Positions 1 to 13,364 of a stretch of 64,000 nt of DNA are shown piece by piece (position 1 is the first letter of the stretch; each line of letters begins with the position of its first letter). The translations under genes were made by a program, and so were the position numbers. The stretch covers positions 66,836,001 through 66,900,000 of the forward strand of contig OX597825.1 in assembly GCA_951406725.2 (NCBI GenBank), in the 5' to 3' direction. The notes under the pieces were generated by a model, which saw only the letters and a program-made list of their open reading frames with translations, had not been told where the DNA came from and did not search any database. Source of the stretch: Octopus vulgaris (taxonomy: Eukaryota).

Positions 1-135
1 AAGTTTGCGAATTTCGGAGTAAATTCAAACTTACTGTCATGTATAATTCATAAAGTTAGATACACTATATGAACTTAGTTTCTAAGCTACATACTAGCAA
101 AGCACCAAAGAAACTTAAAGCTTAGATGTATAAAG

Positions 136-197
<62 letters not shown>

Positions 198-345
198 ATA
201 ATTAAGGGATCGGCAAAAGTTGCTTCATCACATACCGAAATTTAGAAATAGCAGTTAAATTAACATTTCTTCTACAATATATCTCCACAGACAGTAATAC
301 ATAGGTAAAAAGAAGAAAAATAAGGAAACTAACCAGCCTTAGTTA

Positions 346-404
346 ATCATGTACGCGTTTCGGGATTACAATGGTGTAAAATCCATTTCCTTCTTCAGCA
401 TGAT
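346..404 (-). ncRNA. Minimal type I hammerhead ribozyme motif
   Basis: Minus strand reads ATCATG-CTGAAGA-A-GGA(aatgg..ccatt)TCCC-GAAAC-GC-GTA^CATGAT: 6-bp helix I, CUGANGA and GAAA core boxes, palindromic ACGCGU helix III, GUA cleavage triplet. Confidence 0.6.
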
Positions 405-446
405 ATTCCAGTGCACGAGCATATCTGATATATGGGTTTATGTCTA

Positions 447-497
<51 letters not shown>

Positions 498-1249
498 AAT
501 ATAAGCCACTTGGTGTTAAATTGATGGTATTATTAAATTAATATCCAATTTTTTTCACCCTTATTTTTGATTATATATATATATATATATATATGGTTTA
601 TGTCACTTATTTATGTCTGCTTGTCGGCTGATTCCATCATAAAGATTGCTCTGCCGCCTTCCTTTGGCCGGCAAGGAAAGGCAATTTTCATCTGTGTCGT
701 GGCTATAGTGAAAGAGGATGTGTGGTGGTCTAGACTGAAAGGGCTGAAGACAAATACTTTTCTCTTTAGTCTACCCTTCATCAATTTTATCAGATACCAT
801 CTGAAATGGAAGGTGAGGGTTGAAAGAGATGGGGCGACTTCCAGCAATTTTGTTAAAAGGTGGGTGAATGTGGCGAAGATGGTCCGCCTCAAAAGGCCTA
901 CTTTGAGCATGCACTTATGAGATTCCAATGCTGAGAGAGAAAGACTTTCAAACTATCAATATTATCATTATCATTATATGTTTTATGTCTTGTTATATGT
1001 TTACATCGAGAGAAAGATGGGAAGATGACTGTTGCCCTAGTGGTCGTGGCACTTGTGGATTTTTCGTGGAGTCTCCATGTGTTGCTTGCCTCTTTTAGGG
1101 ATTTTTAAAAATATTATTTTTTAATTATTATTATTAATATTATTATTATTATTATTATTAATATTGTTGTTGTTGTTCTTCTTCTTCTTGTTGTTATTAA
1201 TCATCATCATCACCATCATCATTGTTGTTGTTGCTATCATCATCATCGT

Positions 1250-4200
1250 CATTATTATTATTATTATTATTCTATGTTTGACTTTTGCTTTATATTTGTA
1301 CAAGTTGGCTCCAAGTCTCACCCAGAGACCTCAAGAGACAACAGGGTTGGAAGTTCATGTTGTTGTTATGCCTAGTGTGCCATATATTTGGGGGTGGGGA
1401 TGTTGTACTAATGAATGTCTAAAAAAAAAAAAAAAGGTTTTTTTTTTTTTTTTTTTTTTAAACCGAAAATTATGTTTGTTTTAAACCTTGAGATTACATA
1501 GAGAGTATTTTGCGTAGGATATGAGCAGTTCCCATGAGCACTATCTTTTGAACTTCTGCCATTTTTGGGTTTCCTGGTATCTGAGTTAGGTAGCTATCAG
1601 CCCCTTTTGCTATCATTCCCAGGGCACCTATGACAACAGGTATTGTTTTAGTCTTCAGCTTCCACATTTTGCTGATTTCTATTTCAAGATCTTTATATTT
1701 GCTCAGTTTTTGGTAGGTCTTGACAGATACGTTTATATCGATTGGGACAGTCATATCAATGAGGAGGCATGTTCTTTGTTTGAAGTTTTTCAATATGATG
1801 TCTGGCCTATTTGCATCTATCTTCCTGTCAGTTTGAATGGTGAAGTTCCAGAGGAGTGAGATGTGGTCATTTTCAAGCACTGGGGGTGGTTTGTGTTCCC
1901 ACCAGTTTTTTTTCATGGGGCAAATCCAGGTTTTTACAGATTACCCAGTGAATATATTGTGCAGCTCTATCGTGCCTGTTGAGATACTCTGTAGGCGCTA
2001 GAAGACTGCACTTGGAGACCACATGGTCAATGGTTTCATTTTGTTGCTTGCATACACGACACGTTGGACTGCTTCTGATCTTTAATATGTTGGCCTGGTA
2101 GTTTCTTGTTGGTAGGCATTGATCTTGAGCTGCTATGATAAACCCCTCTGTTTCAGATTTTAAGCCAGAGGCCATTAGCTATTGATGGGTCAGGGCTTTG
2201 TCGATATCTGCATTATTCGCTCTCTTTGGGTATTTGCCATAGAGAGGTTTTTCTTGCCATTTATTATTCAGAATATCTAAGGCCGCAGTTTTGGCACGGG
2301 TTTTCATGCGCCTAGCTTTTTCTGTGCTTGTTTCTTGTATATCTATCTCTAATTCCGAAATTGGTTGTATTCGGAATTCACTTAGATATTCCTTTGCCTG
2401 TTTTGTGACTGAGTATGATGCTTTCTTGTTTTCATGTTTTGAGACAAGTTTTAGCATCCAGTCCTCAGAGTTTTTCAGGTAGGTGTCTAGGCCAATTGTA
2501 GCAATCTTCATTGTTATTGCCAGTTGCAAAAGACCACGGCCTCCCTCTTTTCTTGGCAGATAGAGTCGTTCTGTATCTGCCTTAGGGTGGTGCATTCTAT
2601 GCATTGTCAACAGTTTCCTTATTTTTCTGTCGAGCTGACATATTTCAGTAATTGACCAGTTAACAATATTGAAACTGTAAGTCACGACTGGTATAGCTAA
2701 TGCATTGATTGCTTCGATCCTGTTTCTTGCATTCAGCTCTGTCTTGAGTATTGCTCTCACTCTTCGATAGCATTCTCTCCTGATCCTTTCCTTCATCTCT
2801 GAATGCCTTATTCCGTTCCCTTCAATTATCCCTAGGTACTTGTAGCTCTCCGCTGGGTCTAGTTCTTTTATGACATTCTGTTGGTCAAGGTTAACGTTAG
2901 ATGTTTCTGTCATTTTTCCTTTGATAAAGGTAGCCTTTGCACATTTATCGAGGCCGAATTGCATTCTGATGTCGTCACTGAATTGTTTGACTATCGCTAG
3001 TAAGCCCTTGAGTTGTTGATCATTTTTTGCAAAAAGCTTTAAATCATCTATGTAAACGAGATGATTTATATTTTTATCAAACATTTTATACCCGTACTGC
3101 GCGTCATTGAGCAGCTTTGAGAGAGGTATTAAGGATAAACAAAAGAGGAGTGGTGACAGTGAGTCACCCTGGAAAATGCCACACGAAATTTTTACATCAC
3201 CAGCATTTAGGGATTCACTGTCACTGTTCAGAGTTAGTGTGGTTCTCCATGATCTCATACTTACAGTCAAGAAGTTTCGCAGAGTTGGTGCTATCTTATA
3301 CATTTCAAGGCATTTCCTAATCCAGCTATGTGGTAGGCTATCAAAAGCCTTTTTATAGTCTATCCAGACTATTGATAAGTTTTTGTGTCGTTTGTGACAA
3401 TCTTCTAAGATCATCTTATTGATGAGTAGTTGGTCTTTACAGCCGTAGGATCCACGTTTACATCCTTTCTGTTCATTAGGGAATATGCTGCTGTCTGTTA
3501 AAAAACTATAGGTATATTCCGTCAGGACAGATGTTAGTGTTTTGTACATAGTTGTTAAGCAGGTTATGGGTCTATAGTTTTTTGGTTCATTTGTTTCTTC
3601 ACTTTTTGGAAGCAGGAATGTTAACCCATTAACTAGCCAAGGAGGCATCCTACTAGGGTGTTGCAAAACATCATTGTACAGTTCTGTTAGCAGTTCATGG
3701 CTCTCTGGGAAGGCATTCAGCCAGAAGTTAGGAATTTTATCCTTTCCTGGAGACTTCCATTTGCTTGACCTCCTGAGAGCAGATCTTATATCTTCTACCT
3801 TGACACCCTCCCACTTTTGCTCTTCTAAGGGGTCCAGTTCTGTAGATATTCTGTCAATCCAGGGGGCCTTTTCGTTGTGTGTTTTTTCTTCTGCCCAGAT
3901 TTTATTCCAAAATCTCTGCACTTCTTCTTTTGATGGTACAGACCCTGCAGTAAACGCTGTTTTTCCTATCTTCCTGTAAAAATTCTTGGTGTTATTTTTG
4001 AACATGTTGTTGTCCTTGAAAAATCTAACACGCTTTTCATACCTCGCTATGCGGGCAGCTTTGGCAGATACCTTTTGTTTGATGGTTTCTATGGTGGCAT
4101 CAATATCAAGTATAGTTTTCATATTGTATTTTTTCAGTAATATTTGGGTTTTTGTAGGTTTGGTAATCTTGTGAGCCTTAAGGTTTTTCAAATATTCAAT

Positions 4201-5450
4201 GTCAGATCTAAATATTTTAATTTGTTGTTGCAGACGCTCTTGCCAAGAAGGCTTTTTGTGGGACTGTTGCCGTTTTCTAATCTTTACACCACATAGGATC
4301 GTTGAGATTTTCGCGGATGCATAGTATAGGTGGTTGAGGTTTGTGATATCAACATCATTAACTGAAATTATATCCTTAAGTGCAAGCCGGATTTTACCAA
4401 TTATTTTCATGTTTTGGTTAGAGTTGCGGATTTTAGGAAGTGTATCACGCTCATCCATGCTGGTTTCTTTAATTTTCAGCCATTCAATCATGATTTGATT
4501 TTTTAGCTCATGTAGTTCTGTTGGGTCAATATTTGTATGACTTTCTTTATCTATTTGATGCTCATCTGTCTTAGTGTTTATGATTGGTTCAGGGCGTATT
4601 TCACTTTGCCTATCACTTATACTAACTCTTTCAATCCTCTCTTCGTTTTTATCCGCCCTGGGCTGGTCTATAATCATTTCCTCTGTATTATCTTCTCTAG
4701 CTGCAGCTTCGTTCATTTTATCCGATATTGCTTGTCTAACCTGATCAATCTCTACTTCAGTCAGTAATTTCTTTTTTATAATGTTTCTTCTAACATTGGC
4801 AAGCTTGTTACTGTCTATGTAGGGTCTTACTTCAGGGTGTTTCTGTCTCCAGTTTAAGTATGCTTGTACAGTGCTAGACTTATCTGTGGGGAAATATATG
4901 GCATGGTAGAAGGCCTCAAGAACTTCTTTATTATCTTCCCTAGACCATTTTTCCTTCTTTTTCTTTTGATTATTTGGTGATGAGCATGGATGGCCATCTG
5001 TTGGAATATTCCGGTTGTGGGGTTCGTCCAGCTCCTGTGTGTTGGGAAGATTTGATCCAGTAACTGATTTTTCAATCAGGATTTGGTTCAATTTTCGGGT
5101 ACGTGGTCTTTTGTAATCCGCGCAATGACCAATGCGGTTTATTGTTTGATTTGTTGACCTTGAAGCATGACGAGCATCCATTCTTATATTAGGAGATGGA
5201 TCTGTCAGTTTAGGGTTCACTACATGTAAGCATTGCTCATAGCGCCGCTTCTTAAGACTAGCAGATCTATATTCGTCTGTATTTGTTTTGTTGATAGTTT
5301 TATCTCCGGACATTTTTTTTTTTTTTTTTTTTTCCTTTCCTCCTCTTCCTTTCTTCAAGGCTTACTGTGTCTGTATTAGTTCGAAATAATGAGAATAAAA
5401 TACGGAGAAGGAAACGAAAAGAAAGGGAAAAAGACGGGATCTGTCAGTTA
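1250..5450 (-). mobile_element. Non-LTR retrotransposon, R4/Dong-like (RT + restriction-like endonuclease), near full length
   Basis: RT motifs (NYRPI, DYKKAFDS, GIFQGDSLSPLLF, YIDD, YKYLG, GGRGL), CCHC knuckle CRVC..H..C, RHD and RPD..D..K endonuclease motifs. The 3' UTR runs into (TAA)n at about 1250-1270 and the 5' end abuts an (AAT/GAT)n tract, matching the TAA-microsatellite targeting known for Dong. Confidence 0.93.
1494..5313 (-). pseudogene. R4/Dong ORF (reverse transcriptase - zinc knuckle - restriction-like endonuclease), two lesions
   Basis: Probable ATG at 5313 (MSGDKT). In-frame TAG at 2181-2179 (HQ*LMASG, probably TGG originally) and a +1 frameshift in the T8 run at 1906-1913 (PHEK/NWWEH) join ORFs 2179..5358, 1873..2175 and 1494..1916. 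Confidence 0.88.
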
Positions 5451-6227
5451 TTATTGTTATTACTATCATCTTCACCACCATCACCATCATCAGCAACATC
5501 ACCATCACCATCATCATCTTCAATGACATTGTTTTATGTGTAGCCACAGCCACCATCAACACTCCATTGTGTTGGAGAATGGGTGGTTAAAGAATTCATG
5601 TTCTTTGGGTCTATAAATAGCCACGGTAGATGGTGGAGACAAAGGACGTTAATGGTCAGTAAAAGGTCAAACCTGTTTACGTTTATTTATTTTTTTTTTT
5701 TCCTTTCTCTTTTCTTCTTCACCACATGCATATGTATATGTATATATATGTATATTCACTCACACATATTATCTGATGTTTTCGTCGAAGATTTTTTTTT
5801 CTTTTTTTAAATAACTTTCTGAGTTCAATGTTATGTATATATTTTTAAATTTCTGAATTCAGTTGTATGTATATAGTAGTAGGTGCTTAATTCCATAACT
5901 TTTTATCGTGCATTTAATTGTGTTGTTACAATAAAAGGTAATTTAAAAGGCAATTTTACACATTCTTATAGTCATGGGAGACGACTAAATGTAAATGTTC
6001 ACACAGAATTGGAGATATTTATGTTTCTAATTTTTCTTGTTAGGTGTACGTTTGTATGAGCTGTAGATATGTAAGTTTTTTTTTTCTTATTTTGAGGGTA
6101 ATTCAAATTACTTACAGTAAACAGTAGATCTTCCAGTTTTCTACAGTTGACCTGCTGGGTTCGCTGTTGCCAGTTCAGAGCATCGTAAAAATACGTCCAT
6201 CCTCTGTCACGTCCAGCCGCCTTCTCT

Positions 6228-6271
6228 TATTATTATTATTATCATTATTATTATTATTATCATTATTATTA

Positions 6272-6356
<85 letters not shown>

Positions 6357-6357
6357 C
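6228..6357. repeat. (ATT)n microsatellite
   Basis: About 43 near-perfect ATT units. Confidence 0.95.
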
Positions 6358-6704
6358 ATATGTATGTATATATTACGTACGTATGTTTGTACATATCAAT
6401 AGATCTGTATGTGTACGGAATTAAATAAATGGGAAGTGAACGGGAATTACGTTAGCAACTTCATTAGCTTATAGCTGTTTCTGCACTGCACTCTGATATG
6501 AATGCATAGACACATCACCTTATAGCTTCTTCGAAGGTTCTAGAAAGGAGTGCAAAGCACCGTATAAATTATCAACTTCTCTCTCTCTGTCGCCTTCTCT
6601 GTCGTTCTCCCTATCCCCATACACAAGCACGTGGGCGTGCACACACATGCCCATAGGTTATATTTAATAACAAGTAACTTATTTACTTAAGTTTTAAAAT
6701 TATC

Positions 6705-7303
6705 TCATTCAAAATAATTACCTTGTGCAGGAATGCTCTCGTCCCAGCGTTGGTGCCATTTTTGGAATCCGGCCTGGAAGTCGTTGTCCGTAAGTGAATC
6801 GAAGACCTTCTGCTATTCGCTCTAGATCTTGACAACGGTGTGAAAACGGTGACCTTTGAGCTGTATTTTTCTCTTGTGGAAGAGATGGAAGCCCGCAGGT
6901 GCTATATCTAGCCAATAGGGCGAGCGCAGAGCGATACCATGTTGTTCTGGGCGAGAAACTCACGAGTGAAGAGAGCTTTGTGACAAGATGCATTGTCGTC
7001 TTGAAAAATCCAAATCGTGCACCACAGATTCGCTCACTTTCGCCGAATATCCCCCTACAAATGTTTCAAAACGTCTCAGCAGGACTCTCGATTGACGGCC
7101 TAGAAGAAATCGCAGACTACTGAATATACACGTGACAACGAAAACACAAATTTCAAGACTTGTGAAGTAAACACAGCAATGTCACTCGAGACACCGCCTC
7201 ATAAAGGTCACTGCTGGTTCCAACTGTGCACACACAACCGCCGGCAGCCATCTGTCGGCAAGCTACAGAACTAGTCCGAGGAAACTTTTGATACTACCTC
7301 GTA
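6705..7303 (-). mobile_element. Internally deleted, degenerate mariner element
   Basis: Minus strand gives DDNA, PYWLDIAPAGFHLF (PYSPDLAP-like) and C-terminal FQAGFQKWHQRW..GNYFE*. Mariner-type TIR TACGAGGTAGTATCAAAAGTTTC ends at 7303; the second TIR was not found. Confidence 0.75.
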
Positions 7304-7355
7304 TTAATGTAAGATTCTTTTTATTATAACTGAACATAAAAATATTTATATATAA

Positions 7356-7840
<485 letters not shown>

Positions 7841-9033
7841 GACGAGCTTTACTCTATTTCCGTATGCCAAATCCACGCACAAGACTTTGATCAGCCCGAG
7901 GCTATATTAGAAGACATATTCTCAAGGTGCTACGCAATGAGACTGTACCCGGAAACCTGTGGATCTTTCTTTCATTGAATTCTACATTTCTTACCCACTC
8001 TCTTCTCGATTGATCTGACAAATACATCATAACTTTTCCGAAGTTAGTATCGACAGGAAATTCTTTTCTACCTGGCAATAATATGAATGTCTTCAGTTTA
8101 GTTTTATATTTTCTACTTTATTGTCAACACAAGACGTTTCTCGTTAGCCTGGAAGGTATTGTTTAGTTGTCATAGTGGTGGTTGTGATGGCGGTAGTGTT
8201 TCTGATGGTGGTTGTGGTGGTGATGGTAGTGGTGTTGTTTGGTGTCATTTCTTTCTTCTGTGTTCTATAGTCATATCATTGAAGTTTAATTCTTATGAAC
8301 GTATGTCAACGACACATGTTCAACGCTTTACCATTGGTTATTTGCCTTCATAAAAATGTATCCACGCAGAATCTTCTTACTAAATTAGTTTATCACCCTT
8401 TACTGTAGGTTTAAATCTGATTTCCTATTCTTTAGAGTGACGTGCATGTCAGCTATTATTTTAAGTTCCTTTCCAAATAACTCCACTACACTGATGATAT
8501 TTCTATTTTCATATTTGCAAATTTAAGCGATCCAGCTGCTAAGTTTCTGGTCTTTGCCCTCCGCTGAGAATGTTGCCGTCCTGGTTAAGTATGAAATTAT
8601 TTATGCTTTGCTATCCAAGTTAGATATGAAATTAAACCTGATTTAAGGACAGAACCCTATCCTCTTGGCGAGGAAATATATCCTGTACGCATCACCAGTG
8701 ATGTTTAAACAGCCAGTAACAGATAACAGTTTATTGCAGAAAAAACAAAATCGATGAATTACTGAAGTAGTTCTGTATCAAATCACGTACACAGCTTCAA
8801 CAGTAATAACAAGATAGATAGATCGTCAATCCCATGAGTCTTAGCTGTCAGGACATAACACAAGCACATATACATCAAAAACTGTTTTGCCAAGAATGTC
8901 ATGGTGTGGAAACGACGTCAATCTGCAAACAAGACTTGAAATAATATTTAGAATACAAAACTCATGAAGAAATAGGATAAACTCCAGCGCGATATTATTT
9001 CTTACAATACAGCTTTAAAAAACAGAAACAAAC

Positions 9034-9464
9034 GGATCTTATCGATTTGAAGGGCAGTTTTTAACATTATTTCTAGGTAACTAAATAATTTTAAATTTCG
9101 TATACTGGTAGAAAGTGTTTATAAAACATCTATTTCTCTTGGCTTTATTGAGAAAATTCTATAGTTTGTAAGATATTTGCTGTTTTTTTGTTCAATTTCT
9201 TCAATTTCAACCAATCACTGACGTCCATTGAGGTAAACAACATTCTATGCCGTATGAATATGTCCCTCGTTTAAGAAACAGATTGGGTTTATTTACATTT
9301 GTGAAGAAAAAAAGATACCCTTCCCCCACCCCTAACCCTAGCCCTAACTAACCCTAACCCTAAAACAGATTGAAATGCAACAGATCGATACTAGGGTCAT
9401 AATTATGGGTGACAATTTCATATAACACCGCTAGAAAAAACTGCCGTTCAAACCGAAAAGATCC
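9034..9464. mobile_element. MITE with about 29-bp TIRs and 8-bp TSD, carrying internal CCCTAA repeats
   Basis: Left end GGATCTTATCGATTTGAAGGGCAGTTTTT versus reverse complement of right end GGATCTTTTCGGTTTGAACGGCAGTTTTT; AAACAAAC on both flanks (9026-9033, 9465-9472). Confidence 0.85.
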
Positions 9465-9531
9465 AAACAAACTATATATTTACATACAGATAAATACAGA
9501 CAGCAGAACGCGTGTACATAGATATGTAGAC

Positions 9532-9845
9532 GTGGAGGCGCAATGGCCTAGTGGTTAGGGCAGCGGTCTCGCGGTCGGATGATCGCGGTTTCTATTCCCA
9601 GACCGAGTGTTCTGTGTGTTTATTGAGCAAAAACACCTAAAAAGCTCCATGAGGTTCCGGCAGGGGGTGGTGGCGACCCCCGTTGAATTCTTTCGCCTCA
9701 ACTTTCTCTCACTCTCTCTTCCTGTTTCTTGAGTAACGCTGCGATGGACTGGCATCCCGTCCAGCTGGGGGGAAACACATACGCCACAGAAACCGGGAAA
9801 TCGAGCCCATAAGCCTGGATAGGCTTAAAAAGGGCGCATTAAAAA
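9532..9845 (+). mobile_element. tRNA-Arg-derived SINE (family A, tail type 1)
   Basis: A box TGGCCTAGTGG, TCG anticodon-like loop, B-box-like GGTTTCTATTCC, shared body, A-rich end; TGTAGAC on both flanks. Confidence 0.85.
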
Positions 9846-10076
9846 TGTGTAGACACACACATATACATATGTAACCAGACGTGAGCCGCTCGCGTTTCTC
9901 CTTCTTCTTTGGACTCTGCCCTTTCGCCTTTCCTACGAAGAGCCATGCCGGAAACGTTAAAAACTCTCTCCTTTCATCAAACTAATATAATTTTTGTGCA
10001 CGTCCACGCGTTTGACATTTTCTTTTTTATCTTTTCGCCTTTTTCGTGTTTTGAATAGTTTGTTTATTTAATTGAC

Positions 10077-10129
<53 letters not shown>

Positions 10130-10134
10130 GGATA

Positions 10135-10320
10135 TAGCCACTACACACATTATTTTCTTTCCTTTTTTCTCTCCTTTTTTTCTGTGTCCCTTTCTGTAAA
10201 AGAGCGTAGGCTCGAAACGTAAAAGACTTTTTCTATTCCTAAGCGTTATACTAATACATCTGTTTGTTTTGTACACCACCTGTCTTCGTCTTTTGTTGTT
10301 TTTTCGTAAATTCTCCCTAT
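10135..10320 (+). repeat. Dispersed repeat with hammerhead-like core (GAGC-GTAG-GCTC-GAAACGTA), probably Penelope pLTR-derived
   Basis: Close copies at about 19740-19910 and 22590-22750; diverged relatives at 9880-10075, 19085-19300 (-) and 21830-22045 (-). Confidence 0.65.
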
Positions 10321-10940
10321 ATATATATATATATATTCTTTTATTTGTTTCAGTCATTTGACTGCGGCCATGGAGGAGCACCGCCTTTTAGTCTTACAAA
10401 TCGTCCCCAGGACTCATTCTTTGTAAGCCTAGTACTTATCAAACGAAAATGCAGTGACAATAACGAAGAAATAAACATATAAAAAACGGAACAAGTATTT
10501 GTATACATAGAAGTACTTCCGGCTAAACGACAGAATAATGATGTGTGGATTAAACGCTAACAGGAAAGATTGTGGTCCTTTGGGACCCATAAAATTATAT
10601 CTAGGAAAAATAGACAAACTATAGAGCCTTATATATGTTTAAAATGTATGATGGGAGGTGGAAAAAAACCCAACTGACCAAGCGAGTGTTCAATAACTGA
10701 TGGGTGGTTTTAGAAACAGGATGTTCACGTGTTAACTTTTTGGGTAGGGAAGAGATAGAAAGGGTAATGGTTCGTAAAAAGATAGAGAATGTAAAGAAGG
10801 GAAATGTATGAAGAAAGCAAAGAATAGGAATGGGTGAAACGAAAAAAAGAAGGGAGGAGAACAGATGCGAAGAAAGAACGAAAAAGATAATTAATAGTCA
10901 ACACGGTAGACATACGAGGAAAATGAAAGATAAGTAAAGA

Positions 10941-11007
<67 letters not shown>

Positions 11008-11286
11008 ATCAGATGGATAGAATGAAATGTAAACAGATAGAATGATATATGGAAAAAAAGAGAGGGAATAAAGAAAGAAAGGTGCGCAAATCAAGAAAAG
11101 GGGGAAAACTGAGATGGCTAAGTGAGAAGTGAAAACGGAAAAGGAAAGGAAATAGGGAGTTAAGGTTATGCAGAAGAGACCATTCGGTAGCTAAACAGAG
11201 AGTAATTGTCAAACGAGATGGAAGCTGGTGTTTGTGCAGATAGGAAAAGTATACGTGGCGTTACATTAATTGATAATATATATATA

Positions 11287-11335
<49 letters not shown>

Positions 11336-11363
11336 ATGTGTGTGTGTGTGTGTTTGTATGTAT

Positions 11364-11411
<48 letters not shown>

Positions 11412-12205
11412 CAGCACGTGGGGACCGCCTAACTGAGACACATTTGATCCTGTCTCTCCTCCTTAAAAGAGCGAATGCTAGACACGTAAAAGACTTGTTT
11501 TGCAAAGCTAATACACTTTGACAATTTCTTTACTTCGTCTTTGTGTTATTCATAATATTTACACCATATATATATATTTATATGTGTGTGTGTGTGTGTT
11601 GGATATTCTGTATATAGCTATATAGATATATGTGTGTGTGTGTATGTATGTGTATATATACAACACGCACAGACGCACACATTCATACACAGACTAAATG
11701 ACTCAAGCAGTGTGTGATATCAAACAGAATGCAATGCTAAAATCTAATTGTACGTGAACAGTGTTCCCAATGCAATATGTTAGCAGTATAATATTGATAT
11801 TCTGACATTTGATGAGGCTCGTACGTGGATAACCGCATTATAATTAATGATTTATCTTGGCAAAAGCGAGTGTCGTTAGGAAAATTACGTTTACTTTAAT
11901 AATACATCTGCTTGTTATAAATGTTATTACACGGAAACAAGTCATTTGGTTTTTTTCCCCCTCCTTCATGCAATTATTATAAAGTTGATTATCATAAAAT
12001 GTGGGAATTTAAGAGTATGGTAAAATAAAATGGTTTTCGTGTTCGTGTCTCAAGCATTAAAAATATAAAGTAATGACTTTAAAAAATAAAAAGATTTTCT
12101 TCTGAGCGCAAACTCTTTTGTTTTAGGAACAGATTTCCATACGATCGCATTCATCATACAGAAGCCGTTTTTTGCACTCTGGTGACTCAAGTGCCTATTG
12201 GTACC

Positions 12206-12437
12206 TATTTCTTTACTACTCACAAGGGGCTAAACACAGAGAGGTCAAACAAGGACAGACAAACGGATTAAGTCGATTATATCGACCCCAGTGCGTAACT
12301 GGTACTTAATTTATCGACCCCGAAAGGATGAAAGGCAAATTCCACCTCGGTGGAATTTGAACTCAGAACGTAAAGACAGACGAAATATCGCTAAGCATTT
12401 CGCCCGGCGTGCTAACGATTCTGCCAGCTCGCCGCAT
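12206..12437 (-). mobile_element. Meta-domain-like tRNA SINE (family C)
   Basis: GCCTTTCATCCTTTCGGGGTCGATAAATTAAGTACC central domain on the minus strand; about 19-bp diverged TSD TCAAG.GC.TA.TGGTACC. Confidence 0.8.
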
Positions 12438-12658
12438 TTCAAGCGCTTACTGGTACCTTCCCTAAGAAGTGATGAATGCTGGTTATGAAAATATCAAAAG
12501 AATATACCAAGGTTACTACCAGTAGCGTATGGTTGATGTTGTGTTGGGTATCCTGCCACAACCAAAGCCACCAAATTTGCAGCAGGGGTATTGCAAAAGA
12601 TTTCCATTAAGATTTGTGATTAAATTAACGAGTAAGATTAATATTTATAATGAATTTG

Positions 12659-12698
<40 letters not shown>

Positions 12699-13074
12699 CA
12701 GCTGTGGGGCCGTCTAACTGAGAAACATTTGATCTTGTCTCTCCTCCTTAAAAGAGCGACTGCTAGACACGTAAAAGACTTGTTTTGCACGTAAATAGAT
12801 GGGTGTGCAGTGCACTCCTAGCACACTCGGAATATAAGCCCCTGGTTGCTACCGGTTACTTTTCTTCGTGTTTTTAATTCAGCAAGATTCCGTCCAGTCG
12901 AATAAACTCAAATATGTTCTGCAAACGTACGTGGGTACTAAGGATGCAAACAATAGCACAAATATTGATTTAAATTTTGGCACAAGGCCAGCAATTTCAA
13001 GGAAGTGGGTAAGTCGATTACATCGACCATCCATCTTCAACTGGTACTTATTTTATGCACCCTAAATGGATGAA

Positions 13075-13364
13075 GTGGAAGCACGCGGTCGAGGGATCGC
13101 GGGTTCGAATCTCAGACCGGGCGATGTGTGCGTTTATGAGCGAAAGCCCTAAGCTCTACGCGGCTCCGGCAGAAGATAATGGCGAACTTCTGCTGACTCT
13201 TTCGCCACAACTTTCTCTCACTCTTTCATCCTGCATCTTGCAGCTCACCTGCGACGGACCGGCGCCCCGTCCATGTGGGGAACCTATACGCCAAGGAAAC
13301 CAGGAAACTGGCCCTATGACCCAGGCGTGGCTCGAGAAGGAACAAACAACAACAACAACAACAA
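13075..13364 (+). mobile_element. Family A SINE (tail type 2) nested in a family C SINE fragment
   Basis: Head internally deleted, (AAC)n tail. The host SINE sequence stops at ..GGATGAA (13074) and resumes CGAAAGGATGAAAGGC at 13365. Confidence 0.8.

Noticed and set aside
567-928. Overlapping 117-aa and 105-aa ORFs
   Set aside because: No recognisable motif; probably part of an unclassified repeat.
9532-9610. tRNA-Arg(TCG)-like sequence here and at other family A heads
   Set aside because: These are SINE heads: no proper acceptor stem, and they continue into SINE bodies with TSDs.
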